A stretch of DNA of 64,000 bases from an uncultured virus (IMG/VR IMGVR_UViG_3300042515_002586) (taxonomy: Duplodnaviria > Heunggongvirae > Uroviricota > Caudoviricetes): the IMG/VR virus record IMGVR_UViG_3300042515_002586. One strand, written 5' to 3'. Positions 38,558-48,560 of this stretch are shown here, one piece after another. Position 1 is the stretch's first letter, and every line of letters starts with the position of its first letter. The position numbers were made by a program, and so were the translations under genes. The notes under the pieces were generated by a model. The model was not told the DNA's origin. It ran no database searches and was given only the letters and a program-made list of their open reading frames with translations.

Positions 38558-39076
38558 TTATCTCTTTTTAACTTTACCAGAATGTACACTCATTGATTCT
38601 AAAACGTTTCTTTGAGTAGTATCTATAAGCCTAATTACACCTTCTAAATCAGAAGATGCTTCTCTTGCAATGTATTCTTTTTTTGTTTCGCTCATCTTAT
38701 CGCCATCAGAACCTGCGGCTAAATAAGTAATAGTTTTAATTCTTCTATGTAGTACATCAGCTAAACCAAGTATACCACCAGTGTTATTATGAAGTAACGC
38801 ATAATGGTTGTAAATAGTTTCAGGATCATCCCTAAAAGCTAAATTATCAGCAGCAGTTTTACAATCTAAAAAGTAATCTACTGCTTTAAATAAGAATTCC
38901 TTAACCTTAAACAAAGAGTTAATATCCTTAATCTTTTGTGCATCAACAATTGCTTTGAAGAGTGCTTTCTCTGATATTAAAACAGTATCATCAATAAAGT
39001 CAATTACTGTTGTATTCTCAGTTTCTTGATTGGCTACTAAAATTTCTTGATTAGCTACTAAAATTTCTTTTGACAT
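38558..39076 (-). CDS. Hypothetical helical protein downstream of the helicase
   Basis: 172-aa ORF. Confidence 0.6.
   Translation of the reverse strand: MSKEILVANQEILVANQETENTTVIDFIDDTVLISEKALFKAIVDAQKIKDINSLFKVKEFLFKAVDYFLDCKTAADNLAFRDDPETIYNHYALLHNNTGGILGLADVLHRRIKTITYLAAGSDGDKMSETKKEYIAREASSDLEGVIRLIDTTQRNVLESMSVHSGKVKKR
39023..39069. repeat. 21-bp tandem repeat (about 2.2 copies) encoding EILVANQ
   Basis: ttcttgattggctactaaaat / ttcttgattagctactaaaat / ttctt. Confidence 0.9.
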
Positions 39077-39078
39077 AA

Positions 39079-40146
39079 TTATTTTCTTTTCCCTCTATAA
39101 ATTTCATAAAATTCTCTGTATTCAGCAGGATGTAGTGTTTGAATAAAACAAGATCCAGTATCAGCAGGATAGAATAGTGGGTAATCCCACTCCCCTACTT
39201 TACTTTTGACTACTTGAATGGAAAATATAGGTAATTCTCTATTCTCCATTTCGTACATTAATGGTTCACTAAGAATACTCTCTCTATATTCATTCCTTAA
39301 AATTAAGGAACAAACAGCATCATATTCTATATTACTAGTACCTTTAATATCTTGAATAGTAATAATTTTTTCTGTTGTTTTTCTAATGTGTGCAGAGATT
39401 AGACACATTATTTCATTTTCTTCAGAAGCTTGTTTTAAAGCCTCTAAAACTTGGTTACCTTGTTGTAATTCTGAACCAGGTTTAGCTAAAGAACAATCAA
39501 GATTATTCCAAGCATCAATATTGAATGCTATCTTATTTTTAGGGTAACGAGCCCTATATTGTCGCATTAGTAAGATTATAGTTCTGTAATCCCTTACAGA
39601 TATTCTTTTATTATCTATATTTTCACTAGACTCTAAAAGATGAAGTCTTTCATCTTTAATAGATTGAAAGAATGTATCTTTTGCTCTAGCTAGTGCAGCC
39701 TTCTTTCTATCAATATTTATACTTGCTTCGTTAGAAATTTGACTATACTTCAAGTTTTGACCCTGTAAAGAAGCAATACAAGCAACATGTTGCATATATC
39801 TTTTCTTAGGTGGATCATCAAGTGAAATATCAACAATAATTAAATCATCATTAAGCTTAATGGCACTATTCATTAAGTTAATTAACCATGTTGATTTGCC
39901 GTGGTTTGCTCGGCCAGCAATAAATAAAAGACCAGAAGTGAAATCACATAAAGTCTGATTTATGGTAGGAATTCCATCAGTGAAATTCTTTTCAACATAC
40001 CTTATTTTACTATCATCTTCTTGTTCTTTTAACCAAATTACGTTGGGACCTGTTCTGTTCCCTAGATTATCTATGATATTTTTAAACTTTTGAGTTGTTG
40101 TTTCTGGTGTTACATATTTAATATTCTCTGGGCTACCGTTTATCAT
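39079..40146 (-). CDS. DnaB-like SF4 replicative helicase (C-terminal motor domain)
   Basis: AGRANHGKST Walker A, ISLD, ID, LK, DIKGTSNIEYDA and KSK motifs; near primase. Confidence 0.85.
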   Translation of the reverse strand: MINGSPENIKYVTPETTTQKFKNIIDNLGNRTGPNVIWLKEQEDDSKIRYVEKNFTDGIPTINQTLCDFTSGLLFIAGRANHGKSTWLINLMNSAIKLNDDLIIVDISLDDPPKKRYMQHVACIASLQGQNLKYSQISNEASINIDRKKAALARAKDTFFQSIKDERLHLLESSENIDNKRISVRDYRTIILLMRQYRARYPKNKIAFNIDAWNNLDCSLAKPGSELQQGNQVLEALKQASEENEIMCLISAHIRKTTEKIITIQDIKGTSNIEYDAVCSLILRNEYRESILSEPLMYEMENRELPIFSIQVVKSKVGEWDYPLFYPADTGSCFIQTLHPAEYREFYEIYRGKRK

Positions 40147-41001
40147 TATTTTCTTATTTTTTAAAAGACATTTAAATTTCTACACAAATATTTATGTGAA
40201 AAGTACAAGATTATTTTTTTCATACTCTTCTGTTTCTATATTGTAAGTAAGGACATATTCACAAGTAATTTTATGAGGTCTACGATGAGTATAATATCTT
40301 AAACGAAAATCACCATCATAAGAATAAAAAAGCTCTAAAATTTCCAAAGTATCGTTTGAATAATAGTCAAAAACATTTACTGCACTTAATTTTTTATATG
40401 TCATTAAATCTTATACTCCTTTACTGCTTCTTCTGTTCTTTTATCATAACTATACATACAATGAAGGATAGAAACTTTGAAATCGTCGTATATATGAAAA
40501 GTTATAAAAGCATATGGAGAATTTTTAACCATTGAACCAATAGATATTAAAGAATCTCCTATTTCATACTTAAATTCAGATTCTGTAAAAAATGATATTT
40601 TATTGGTCATCGTTTTCTTGTTGTTAAATCTGTTAATTTATTAAAATAATAGTAAAATTCAACTAAACCTATAGTACTCCAATTATTTCTAGTATAAAAT
40701 TTTAAAGATATTGTTTCTAGTTCATCAAAACCAACTAGTAAAAGACCTAAATCGGTTGCTGTTCTGTAATCAAAACAAAAAGGAGATTTTTGTAAAAAAT
40801 TAAATTTCATTCTTATTAACTTGTAATTTCAAACACTTCTGTTAAACAATTAAATTTGAATGCTCTGGAATCAACGTAACTATTTAATGCTAATTCGTTA
40901 ATTTCAAAATATATCCAAAAAACAAGACTATTCTTTGTACCATAGTCAAAGTAAATCTCAGTACTATTACAATATGTAATTACTTCTTTAAATAACATAG
41001 T

Positions 41002-41175
41002 TCATAGATTCCAAATTTCTGTTAAATAATTGTAATAATATGTTGTATTTTCTATATCCGATAATACAAAAAGAGATGTGTCAAAAGCTATCCAGATAAG
41101 TTTGTTTTCTTTTGTTTCATAATCAAAATAAAAATCAAGCCTATCAAAACTATTATTTAATTATTTGAATACCAT
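41002..41175 (-). pseudogene. Microprotein paralog with in-frame TAA at codon 5
   Basis: MVFK*LNNSFDRLDFYFDYETKENKLIWIAFDTSLFVLSDIENTTYYYNYLTEIWNL; stop at 41161-41163. Confidence 0.7.
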
Positions 41176-41536
41176 TTGTTAATAAGCTAGAAATACGTTT
41201 TCTTTTAGTTTATTATATCCAATACTAAGTTCATTTTCATAAGTACCAACATACCTAACTGATAAATGCTCGATACCAATATAAACAGTTACATCTATAT
41301 TAAATATTTTATGAGAATATTTAAATACACCACATAAAAAAGGATCAGTCTCTGTTATAAATTTCAACATATTCTAATGTTAGTTTGTTAAAAGTAAAGC
41401 TGTAATTATAAATTTCAACCCATATCCGATCATCACCGTTTTCAAAGTAAATAGAACTATCAAAAGGCTTACTTGAATAATAAAAAGCCCAATAGTTAGT
41501 ATTATAATAACCAGGTATTAATTCTATAAATTTCAT

Positions 41537-41695
41537 TTATTTTTTTAGGCGTATAATTTCTGTTAAAGTATAAAAAGAAAAAATAATATTATCATTTATC
41601 ATTAAATAAAAACAACCTGGAAAGCAACTAATTTCAAGAAACTTATAATCAAAAGAATTTATTGCAATAGGATTTCTAAAGTTATTGAATCTCAT
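41537..41695 (-). CDS. Microprotein paralog, not in ORF track (52 aa)
   Basis: MRFNNF...FDY...FSFYTLTEIIRLKK. Confidence 0.65.
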   Translation of the reverse strand: MRFNNFRNPIAINSFDYKFLEISCFPGCFYLMINDNIIFSFYTLTEIIRLKK

Positions 41696-41871
41696 AATAG
41701 TTCGTTTGTTAGCATATTATACCACATTTTTGGATGGATGTCATCGTCCTGACAAATTAACTCAATACTACAATCATCAAAGAATATCCAATAAACTATA
41801 AATTCCTTTGAACAATAATCAAAAAACTTTCTTTTGGCATGCTCAATTATATATAATCTTTCAAAAATCAT
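41692..41871 (-). CDS. Microprotein paralog, not in ORF track (59 aa)
   Basis: MIFERL...FFDY...WIFF...WYNMLTNELL. Confidence 0.7.
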   Translation of the reverse strand: MIFERLYIIEHAKRKFFDYCSKEFIVYWIFFDDCSIELICQDDDIHPKMWYNMLTNELL

Positions 41872-42050
41872 TTTACAATATTACTACCTGTTCAGTATTT
41901 TTATTATAATACCCATAAGTACTTTCATTTTGTTGATAACAAATAATTACCCAATATGGGTTATTAGCTATATAAATATTTGGCTCGTATACTTGCTTAT
42001 ATGAATAATTATAAACAATTCTTGACTTAATACCACAAAATTCAATATCT

Positions 42051-42215
42051 TTAAAAACCATCGTAACGATCTCCTACTTGTTCATAGAGTTTATGGTAGT
42101 GTTTTTGAGTCTTATTACTATTAATAGCAATCAAAATAGTACTATAAAAAGGATCTAAATCTAAAATTATTTCATCGTTGTAACGAAAAATAGATCCAGT
42201 AAAATATTCAATCAT
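42051..42215 (-). CDS. Microprotein paralog, not in ORF track (54 aa)
   Basis: MIEYF...LDLDPFYSTI...HYHKLYEQV. Confidence 0.65.
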   Translation of the reverse strand: MIEYFTGSIFRYNDEIILDLDPFYSTILIAINSNKTQKHYHKLYEQVGDRYDGF

Positions 42216-42409
42216 ACTATCTTCTCTGTTAACAACACATACTTAAAATAAGAATTATTATTGTATGCTAAAAGTATCTCTTCACTGTTAAATCTAATAT
42301 ATATGTAATCACAAGTATAACCAAAAAGTTGATTGTTATAACGTTCAAAATAATCAAAAAATATGTCAGGAGGATATTCGTTAAATAGCGTTTCAAATAT
42401 CATACAAAC

Positions 42410-42580
42410 CTAAAAAACTTCCTCTGTATTTCTAGAGTAGTGTGCTTGGTAGTTACAATTTTTCTCATTAAAGTAAAATAATATAGTATCATAACAACAG
42501 TTAACACATATATGAATATCTAAATCAATTTCACTGTTAAAATACTCAAATCTACCAACAGAAAAACTATAAATAATCAA
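42410..42580 (-). CDS. Microprotein paralog, not in ORF track (56 aa, TTG start)
   Basis: MIIYSF...FEY...HYSRNTEEVF; TTGA overlap with the upstream stop. Confidence 0.6.
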   Translation of the reverse strand: MIIYSFSVGRFEYFNSEIDLDIHICVNCCYDTILFYFNEKNCNYQAHYSRNTEEVF

Positions 42581-42763
42581 GACACTTCTCCTGTTAATAA
42601 ATCATAACGTGTGTCACGATATCCAGCAGGAATTAACATTACGCTATAATTAGTAACTCTGATCCAAAATTCAGTGTATTTTTTAGAGCGATAATCAAAG
42701 TAAGTTGATTGTAGTTCAGCATAAGGTTTAGTATTAAAAACTTCTGTACTATAAAAAATCATA

Positions 42764-42922
42764 TTAAGTATTGGATACTTCTTCTAAGAGTTTATGGTAG
42801 TATTTAACAAAGTGAGGATGAGAAAATTGAAAGAGAATACTACTGTATCTAGAATTTAAGTCCATAAGAAATAAGTCACCATAAAAAAAGTATACATGTT
42901 TATCATAACCTTTAAATTTCAA
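42764..42922 (-). CDS. Microprotein paralog, not in ORF track (52 aa, TTG start)
   Basis: MKFKGY...DLNSRYSSI...YYHKLLEEV. Confidence 0.6.
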   Translation of the reverse strand: MKFKGYDKHVYFFYGDLFLMDLNSRYSSILFQFSHPHFVKYYHKLLEEVSNT

Positions 42923-42942
42923 AGTGTTCCTCTGTTAACGTA

Positions 42943-43113
42943 TTATATATGAGAATCTTTATCTGATATATCTTCAGTAAATCTATTATAGTAAACTTGT
43001 CCAGTACCATTGCAAAAATAACCAATTCTTATTGTAGAATAACCAGGATCTAAATCTAAGACCAGATTTGGTAAGTATTGAAACGTACAAAAGTTTAAGT
43101 ATTTAATTTCCAA
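42943..43113 (-). CDS. Microprotein paralog, not in ORF track (56 aa, TTG start)
   Basis: MEIKY...LDLDPGYSTI...YYNRFTED. Confidence 0.6.
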   Translation of the reverse strand: MEIKYLNFCTFQYLPNLVLDLDPGYSTIRIGYFCNGTGQVYYNRFTEDISDKDSHI

Positions 43114-43295
43114 AAAGAAAATGCTCCTCCTCTCTTAAAAAATTATAAACTCTTAAATCACAATAAGCTTTAGAGAGGTGTGGATTTTTTGGGGCAATAT
43201 TAATTTCTCCGTAATATATATCATTAAAAGGAAAAAAGTAAATATAATACTTAGATTTTGTTTTCTTACATAAATACCAAAACGAAGACTTGTAA

Positions 43296-43475
43296 TTATG
43301 AAATAACATAAGTATTTGTTAAAGGAGAATAATCACATTGAACAAAATCAGATTCAGTACAAAATATAAATATGAGCTGTTTGTCCTTCCTATTACAATC
43401 AACAGAAAACGAAGGTCCTTCCTCCTGTTTACAATAGAAGAAATCAAAAACAAAAGACTCTGAAGCAAATTTCAT
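43296..43475 (-). CDS. Microprotein paralog, not in ORF track (59 aa)
   Basis: MKFASE...FDFFY...DYSPLTNTYVIS. Confidence 0.65.
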   Translation of the reverse strand: MKFASESFVFDFFYCKQEEGPSFSVDCNRKDKQLIFIFCTESDFVQCDYSPLTNTYVIS

Positions 43476-43476
43476 C

Positions 43477-43932
43477 TTAGTAAACCTTATCTTCTTTTAT
43501 TAATCGAGATAAGAAAGCTTTACCAGATGGAAGATAATTAGAAATTATAGTTAAAGAGTTTATTTTATTATTATGTAAAACATCCTCTTCATCAATACCA
43601 TCTATAGCAAATAATATAGTCTGTAGGTCATGTGTCTTAAGAGTATTTTGTAAGTAAGTAATTTCTTCATTACTTATTGACCTTTGTTGTTGAACTATAT
43701 TTTTCTTATATTCTTCTCTTTCTTCGTAATTTAAATCTCCAGCAAAATTAAAAGCTCTTGAACCTAGGCATGTTATAACATAATGTGACCATAAATCAGA
43801 AACTAAAAAGAACTCTTTTTCTTTTCTTTTGTAATTTTTTCCAATTCTATTAATAAATAAACTTCTGTGGTATTTTTTAATTCCTTGTAAATAATCTAAA
43901 AGATTTGTTTCTGTTGTTAATTGTTCTTTCAT
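43477..43932 (-). CDS. Hypothetical protein
   Basis: 151-aa ORF. Confidence 0.6.
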   Translation of the reverse strand: MKEQLTTETNLLDYLQGIKKYHRSLFINRIGKNYKRKEKEFFLVSDLWSHYVITCLGSRAFNFAGDLNYEEREEYKKNIVQQQRSISNEEITYLQNTLKTHDLQTILFAIDGIDEEDVLHNNKINSLTIISNYLPSGKAFLSRLIKEDKVY

Positions 43933-43933
43933 T

Positions 43934-44296
43934 TTATGCTTCTTGTGCTTGTTGTTCTAAAGATTTATTGTATTCTTCAATTTTTATATTTAATTCTTCT
44001 TTTGACTTATAAATTTCTGGAAAAGGGTCGTCAATTAAAGTAAGAACAATTTTACCTGTGACATTCATTAGATCATCTTCATGTAATGGGTCAAGAAATT
44101 TCTTTACTTCATACCGTTTAACATAGAAAACATTATCCTTTAGTTCACCAATAAATACACCAGAAGTTCCAATATCCAAATCAAAAGTCTCATCGTTTAA
44201 AGCTCTTGTTTGAACAATATTACCATCACTTAGATCTTTGATATAAATATCTAGATTATCTCTACTTTGAATTATTCCTACAAAACTACAAACCAT
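43934..44296 (-). CDS. Hypothetical protein, possible OB fold
   Basis: FVGII...IKD...G...VFIGEL beta pattern. Confidence 0.5.
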   Translation of the reverse strand: MVCSFVGIIQSRDNLDIYIKDLSDGNIVQTRALNDETFDLDIGTSGVFIGELKDNVFYVKRYEVKKFLDPLHEDDLMNVTGKIVLTLIDDPFPEIYKSKEELNIKIEEYNKSLEQQAQEA

Positions 44297-44298
44297 AC

Positions 44299-44781
44299 TT
44301 AGTTAACTTTACTTTCAAGTCTCTTTGTTAAACTACTTAAAAGAGCAATAACAGCAGCAGCTTCCATCATAGTATAATTATCTTGAACTTTAATTCTACC
44401 AATACCTAGACACTCACACAAACCATTAAGATCTTCTTCTTGTTTTTCATTAGCCATTCCAAGTAGTTCTTTATAATCACTATCTGAAATATCACCCTTT
44501 TCAAGTTTACCATCAATATGTTTCTTATATTGTGGAGTGGCAACTTCTTTAAGTACAACAGATAATCCAGCATTACTAGAATTAAGATAAGATTCCTTCA
44601 GAGAAATACAATCAGTAACAGCTTTTACTCTGGTTGCCCTTATACTTTCTTCAGTATCAAGATTAGTAGTACTAAAACCACTAAAGCTACTTCCATCTTC
44701 AAATGTACAGGTTACCTGTACAATAATATCCCCACCACGAATTCTTTCTATTGAATTTGTTATTATATTTGTAATGTTCAT
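44299..44781 (-). CDS. Hypothetical protein
   Basis: 160-aa ORF. Confidence 0.6.
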   Translation of the reverse strand: MNITNIITNSIERIRGGDIIVQVTCTFEDGSSFSGFSTTNLDTEESIRATRVKAVTDCISLKESYLNSSNAGLSVVLKEVATPQYKKHIDGKLEKGDISDSDYKELLGMANEKQEEDLNGLCECLGIGRIKVQDNYTMMEAAAVIALLSSLTKRLESKVN

Positions 44782-44783
44782 AT

Positions 44784-45137
44784 TTAATCAATTTTAATGA
44801 ATTTTTTATCAACTAAATAACTTAATGTCAAGTTTGAAGAATAGTTGACTTGTAACCTTGCATCTACATGTACTTCGCCAGATTTATAAATATTATAACT
44901 AAGTAACTTGTAAGTTCCAGGAGTATTTATAACTCTAATAAAAGGATATATTTCTGTAGACTTATCTCCATAAGGAATAAAACCTAGTGCTTCACAAGTA
45001 GTAAGAGTTAACATTCTTCCATTGATAAAAACTAAGTTATTTTTTTTATCAAAAGTAACAGGTAAAACTAGTCCTTTAGGGTCAAATGTATATTGAGCAT
45101 CATACCAAGTAGTTTGAACTAAGTTTTCTGTTTCCAT
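44784..45137 (-). CDS. Hypothetical protein, paralog of 31208-31573
   Basis: ENL..W..A, LGFIPY and PGTY motifs. Confidence 0.55.
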   Translation of the reverse strand: METENLVQTTWYDAQYTFDPKGLVLPVTFDKKNNLVFINGRMLTLTTCEALGFIPYGDKSTEIYPFIRVINTPGTYKLLSYNIYKSGEVHVDARLQVNYSSNLTLSYLVDKKFIKID

Positions 45138-45140
45138 ACA

Positions 45141-45611
45141 TTAAACTCCTGTACTTCCAAAACCACCAGCACCTCTTTCAGATTGACCTAAATCATCTGG
45201 ACTATTTACTTGGTTAAAAGTAACTCTTTCAACTTTAGCAAATACCATTTGTGCAATTCTCATTCCTGGTTCTACCTTAAAAACTTCATGACTATGATTA
45301 ATAAGAATAACTCCTACCTCACCTCTATAGTCAGAATCAATGGTTCCAGGGGTGTTTAAAACTGTTACCCCATGCTTTAGTGCTAAACCTGATCTAGGTC
45401 TTACCTGTGCCTCATAACCTTCAGGAATAGCTAATCTAATTCCAGTACTAACTAAAGCTCTACCACCCCCACCTGAAATAAATAAAGGTTCAGTACCGTT
45501 ATAAGTCAAATCCATTCCAGCTGCACCAGTAGTTGCATAAAAAGGAGCTGGAGCACCATCTACAAATATATCTACATTTATCATTTTTCTATTTCTTCTA
45601 ACATCTTCCAA
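45141..45611 (-). CDS. dut: Trimeric dUTPase
   Basis: [25 protein letters not shown] and [10 protein letters not shown] motifs. Confidence 0.97.
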   Translation of the reverse strand: MEDVRRNRKMINVDIFVDGAPAPFYATTGAAGMDLTYNGTEPLFISGGGGRALVSTGIRLAIPEGYEAQVRPRSGLALKHGVTVLNTPGTIDSDYRGEVGVILINHSHEVFKVEPGMRIAQMVFAKVERVTFNQVNSPDDLGQSERGAGGFGSTGV

Positions 45612-46342
45612 AAACCTTGGACTCTTTTATTGTCAAACTCAAAAATATCTTTTTTAGTTTTACCCATTTTTAACTCTTTTGTCATATGTTCGTAAACTTT
45701 TGACAATCTACCATTCTTATATACTACAAAATGATTATCTTCACTAGGATTAATGCTGGCTTCTTCTTTAATAGAAAGTAAATGTCCTATTGGTATTCTA
45801 TCAATGTAATACTTTTTAACTATTTCTAAGTTGTATTTTCTGTACCAAATATCCATAGTAACAGTATTTCTCTTATCAATACACATTATGGAAGATTTTG
45901 GTAAAATTGCTTTAATATCACTAACTACATTACTAACACTTATTCCTTCAAGTAAGTATATGTTATCAAGAATAATTAAAACATCGTCCAACTCTTTCTT
46001 CAAATCACTTAAAATATCTAGTAATTGATTAGCTGAGTTAGGTGTAATATAAACAAAGTTATCAAAGTTAGTATCTTCAAATCTGTTTATCTTTATACTA
46101 TCAAGACAATCTACATATAATACTATACGTCCATTTTTAGTATTATGCTCTACATATTCAAAACAAAGGGCCGAAAGTCCCGAATACATTTCTCCTTTAA
46201 ATAAAACAGATGTACCAATATTAAAATTGATAATACCATCAATAATGTCATCACCACATAATATCCTTTCAGTATCTAAGTTTCTTCTATAGAATTTAAG
46301 TACGGGAGTATTTCCAATTGCTTTAGGTGGTTTTCTTTTCAT
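45581..46342 (-). CDS. Degenerate RecA-fold protein
   Basis: [20 protein letters not shown] (Walker A lacking Lys), VLYVD, IILDNI. Confidence 0.5.
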   Translation of the reverse strand: MKRKPPKAIGNTPVLKFYRRNLDTERILCGDDIIDGIINFNIGTSVLFKGEMYSGLSALCFEYVEHNTKNGRIVLYVDCLDSIKINRFEDTNFDNFVYITPNSANQLLDILSDLKKELDDVLIILDNIYLLEGISVSNVVSDIKAILPKSSIMCIDKRNTVTMDIWYRKYNLEIVKKYYIDRIPIGHLLSIKEEASINPSEDNHFVVYKNGRLSKVYEHMTKELKMGKTKKDIFEFDNKRVQGFWKMLEEIEK

Positions 46343-47106
46343 AAACGTATAAATAATTTAGCTTCTTCAGTCATAGTATAATAAATATAGTGTAAATATC
46401 CATAGTTTATAAATATTTGATTATGAGACCAACAACAGATTTCAACATTTTGCTCATATAAAAATTCTGAGCCACTTAAAAATGTCCCATAAAAACTACT
46501 TTTACTACAATACCCAACTAATTTCATTTGTAATAATACTTAATTTCTTGTGTCATGAAATTATAATGAAGTTCAGTAATATAACCTACTCTAAATGTTA
46601 ATAAACCAGATGTAAATACAACCTGAACATTGTTAATAATACGCCAAGTTGGATGTCTCTCATACAAAAAACCATATTGTGTATTAAATAAAATTGTTTT
46701 GTGGTTTATTCTAGTGAATTTCATTTAAATATCTATATTCTTGTATTAGTAAAGTTTGTATATTATATTTCATAATTAAACCAAAAGCAATTCCTTCTAA
46801 ATAACATCTAAGTAAAATTTCATCTTCACCCCAAAAACTGATATTAACATCAATATTTTGATAATGAAAAATAGAAGCAAAAATATTAACATCTTGATAA
46901 AATCTTTCTAAGTAAATAGGTGGATTTTTCATTAATCTGTTTTAATTATTAAAGTTTGTTTATTAAAGATAATCACATTTTTATAAAAAAGTCCAGTTAA
47001 TCCAGATCTAATTAAAATATCATCAAATTCATTAAAAACAATATCCATTTCTTTATACGTAAAACTCTCAATAGTTTTATTACGTGAACGCCAAAAACTA
47101 CTAAAC

Positions 47107-47283
47107 CTATAAAAATTTTGTTGTCTCATGTGTTAAAAAATCATAATAAATACAACCACCTGCCCCTAAACCTATTTGTACAAAAGATTTACCGCTAATC
47201 GTAATTTTAGTTCTTGAATATTGGTATTGTGTAAATTTATTATATCGTGTATTATACTCATTCAAAAAATATCTTATTTTCAA
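47107..47283 (-). CDS. Microprotein paralog, not in ORF track (58 aa, TTG start)
   Basis: MKIRYF...YQY..TKI...YYDFLTHE. Confidence 0.6.
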   Translation of the reverse strand: MKIRYFLNEYNTRYNKFTQYQYSRTKITISGKSFVQIGLGAGGCIYYDFLTHETTKFL

Positions 47284-47442
47284 TTATCTAAACTCCTCAG
47301 TTAATTTATTATAATAAATAACAACACCAGACCTATCTGAAATTTGTATATATTTTATATCTAGAATAAATGAAACTCTAGTGTGTCTGTATATGTATTG
47401 TCTAAATCTATAGTAGAAACCTAAAGAATATTTACATTTCAA
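47284..47442 (-). CDS. Microprotein paralog, not in ORF track (52 aa, TTG start)
   Basis: MKCKY..YYRFRQYIY...YYNKLTEEFR. Confidence 0.65.
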   Translation of the reverse strand: MKCKYSLGFYYRFRQYIYRHTRVSFILDIKYIQISDRSGVVIYYNKLTEEFR

Positions 47443-47615
47443 TTATTTTTAATTTCTCCAGTTAGTTTACTATATTGAATACAAGTATTAGTCCAATGTA
47501 CAATTTGTATAGATTCTTCATACTGTAAAAGAACGATTTTAGTGTTTTTAAATATATATTCTCTAAATCTATAATATAAACCGTCATGCCAGTCCAAAAA
47601 AGATTTGTATTCCAT
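47439..47615 (-). CDS. Microprotein paralog, not in ORF track (58 aa)
   Basis: MEYKSF..YYRFREYIF...QYSKLTGEIK. Confidence 0.7.
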   Translation of the reverse strand: MEYKSFLDWHDGLYYRFREYIFKNTKIVLLQYEESIQIVHWTNTCIQYSKLTGEIKNN

Positions 47616-47786
47616 TTATTTAACTTCACCATTTAATTTGTTATAGGTGCATATGTGTCCACCCAACCAAAAAACAATTTTATCTTCATTAAAACTAATA
47701 TTATGAATAGAATATAAATTCCGAATAAATACTCCACTAAAATGATACCTATAAAAAGGATAACCAGCAAAACCATAAAATGACAT
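47616..47786 (-). CDS. Microprotein paralog, not in ORF track (56 aa)
   Basis: MSFYGF...TYNKLNGEVK; AAGGA upstream. Confidence 0.7.
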   Translation of the reverse strand: MSFYGFAGYPFYRYHFSGVFIRNLYSIHNISFNEDKIVFWLGGHICTYNKLNGEVK

Positions 47787-47827
47787 TATTCTTCCTTAAT
47801 CTTAATGTTTCTTTATGAAATTTGGCG

Positions 47828-47995
47828 TCAATATTCCTTTAGTATATTTGTCAGAGAATAATATTGATAATAATTCTTACCAAGAGTAATACATATTTGA
47901 TTGTCATTCCAAAAATCTACTGTATTTTCACTATAGTTATATTGCATTGAACTCAAACCTCCAAAAAAATAATAATCAAACTTAGAGAATTTCAT
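47828..47995 (-). CDS. Microprotein paralog, not in ORF track (55 aa)
   Basis: MKFSKF...QYNY...DFW...QYYSLTNIL. Confidence 0.7.
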   Translation of the reverse strand: MKFSKFDYYFFGGLSSMQYNYSENTVDFWNDNQICITLGKNYYQYYSLTNILKEY

Positions 47996-48380
47996 GTCCA
48001 TTTACTTTTAGTATACCTGTTAAAATAGAATAGTGATAGCTTTTATTAGCAGTAGTAAGATAGATTTCATCACCAATAAAAAAATCTAATTTAAGTTCAA
48101 TTTTAGTTTCAGTATAAATATACTGAACTAAACTAGCCCAAGGCAGATAACAAGAATTATAATTCAAAAAAGTCATGATAGTCATTTGTTAAAGAGTTAA
48201 AAGATTTAATATACCCATTTGAATTTGTAAAAAAATGTATTACTGTACCTGAAACAAATTCAAATGTTACTCCACTTAATATTATGTATTTTTTATTTGT
48301 ATAATTATTAATATAACTAAAACAAATACTATCAAATATTGGCTTGAAAACTTCTTTAAGTTTCATACTTTTTGTATTTT

Positions 48381-48560
48381 TCATTGAATTATATGTTCAT
48401 CTGTTATTCTATTGTATATATGTGTTTTAGATAATTTAAAAGGACAATGAATTTTTATCTCATTTTGCCAAATACAAATTTCAATACTAAAACTTAATCT
48501 ATAGTGAGTTCCAGCCTTGTATTCGTAAAAACTAGATCCTTTTAAAATTGTAATCTTCAT
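48381..48560 (-). CDS. Microprotein paralog, not in ORF track (59 aa)
   Basis: MKITIL..FYEY...IYNRITDEHI. Confidence 0.7.
   Translation of the reverse strand: MKITILKGSSFYEYKAGTHYRLSFSIEICIWQNEIKIHCPFKLSKTHIYNRITDEHIIQ

Larger units (their letters stand above)
40192..43475 (-). repeat. Tandem array 1 of 18 microprotein paralogs
   Basis: Track ORFs at 40192, 40404, 40607, 40816, 41179, 41345, 41873, 42212, 42577 and 43103 plus 8 hand-translated ORFs; most start M-x-F and end near [YF]-[NDS]-x-L-T-x-E. Confidence 0.85.
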
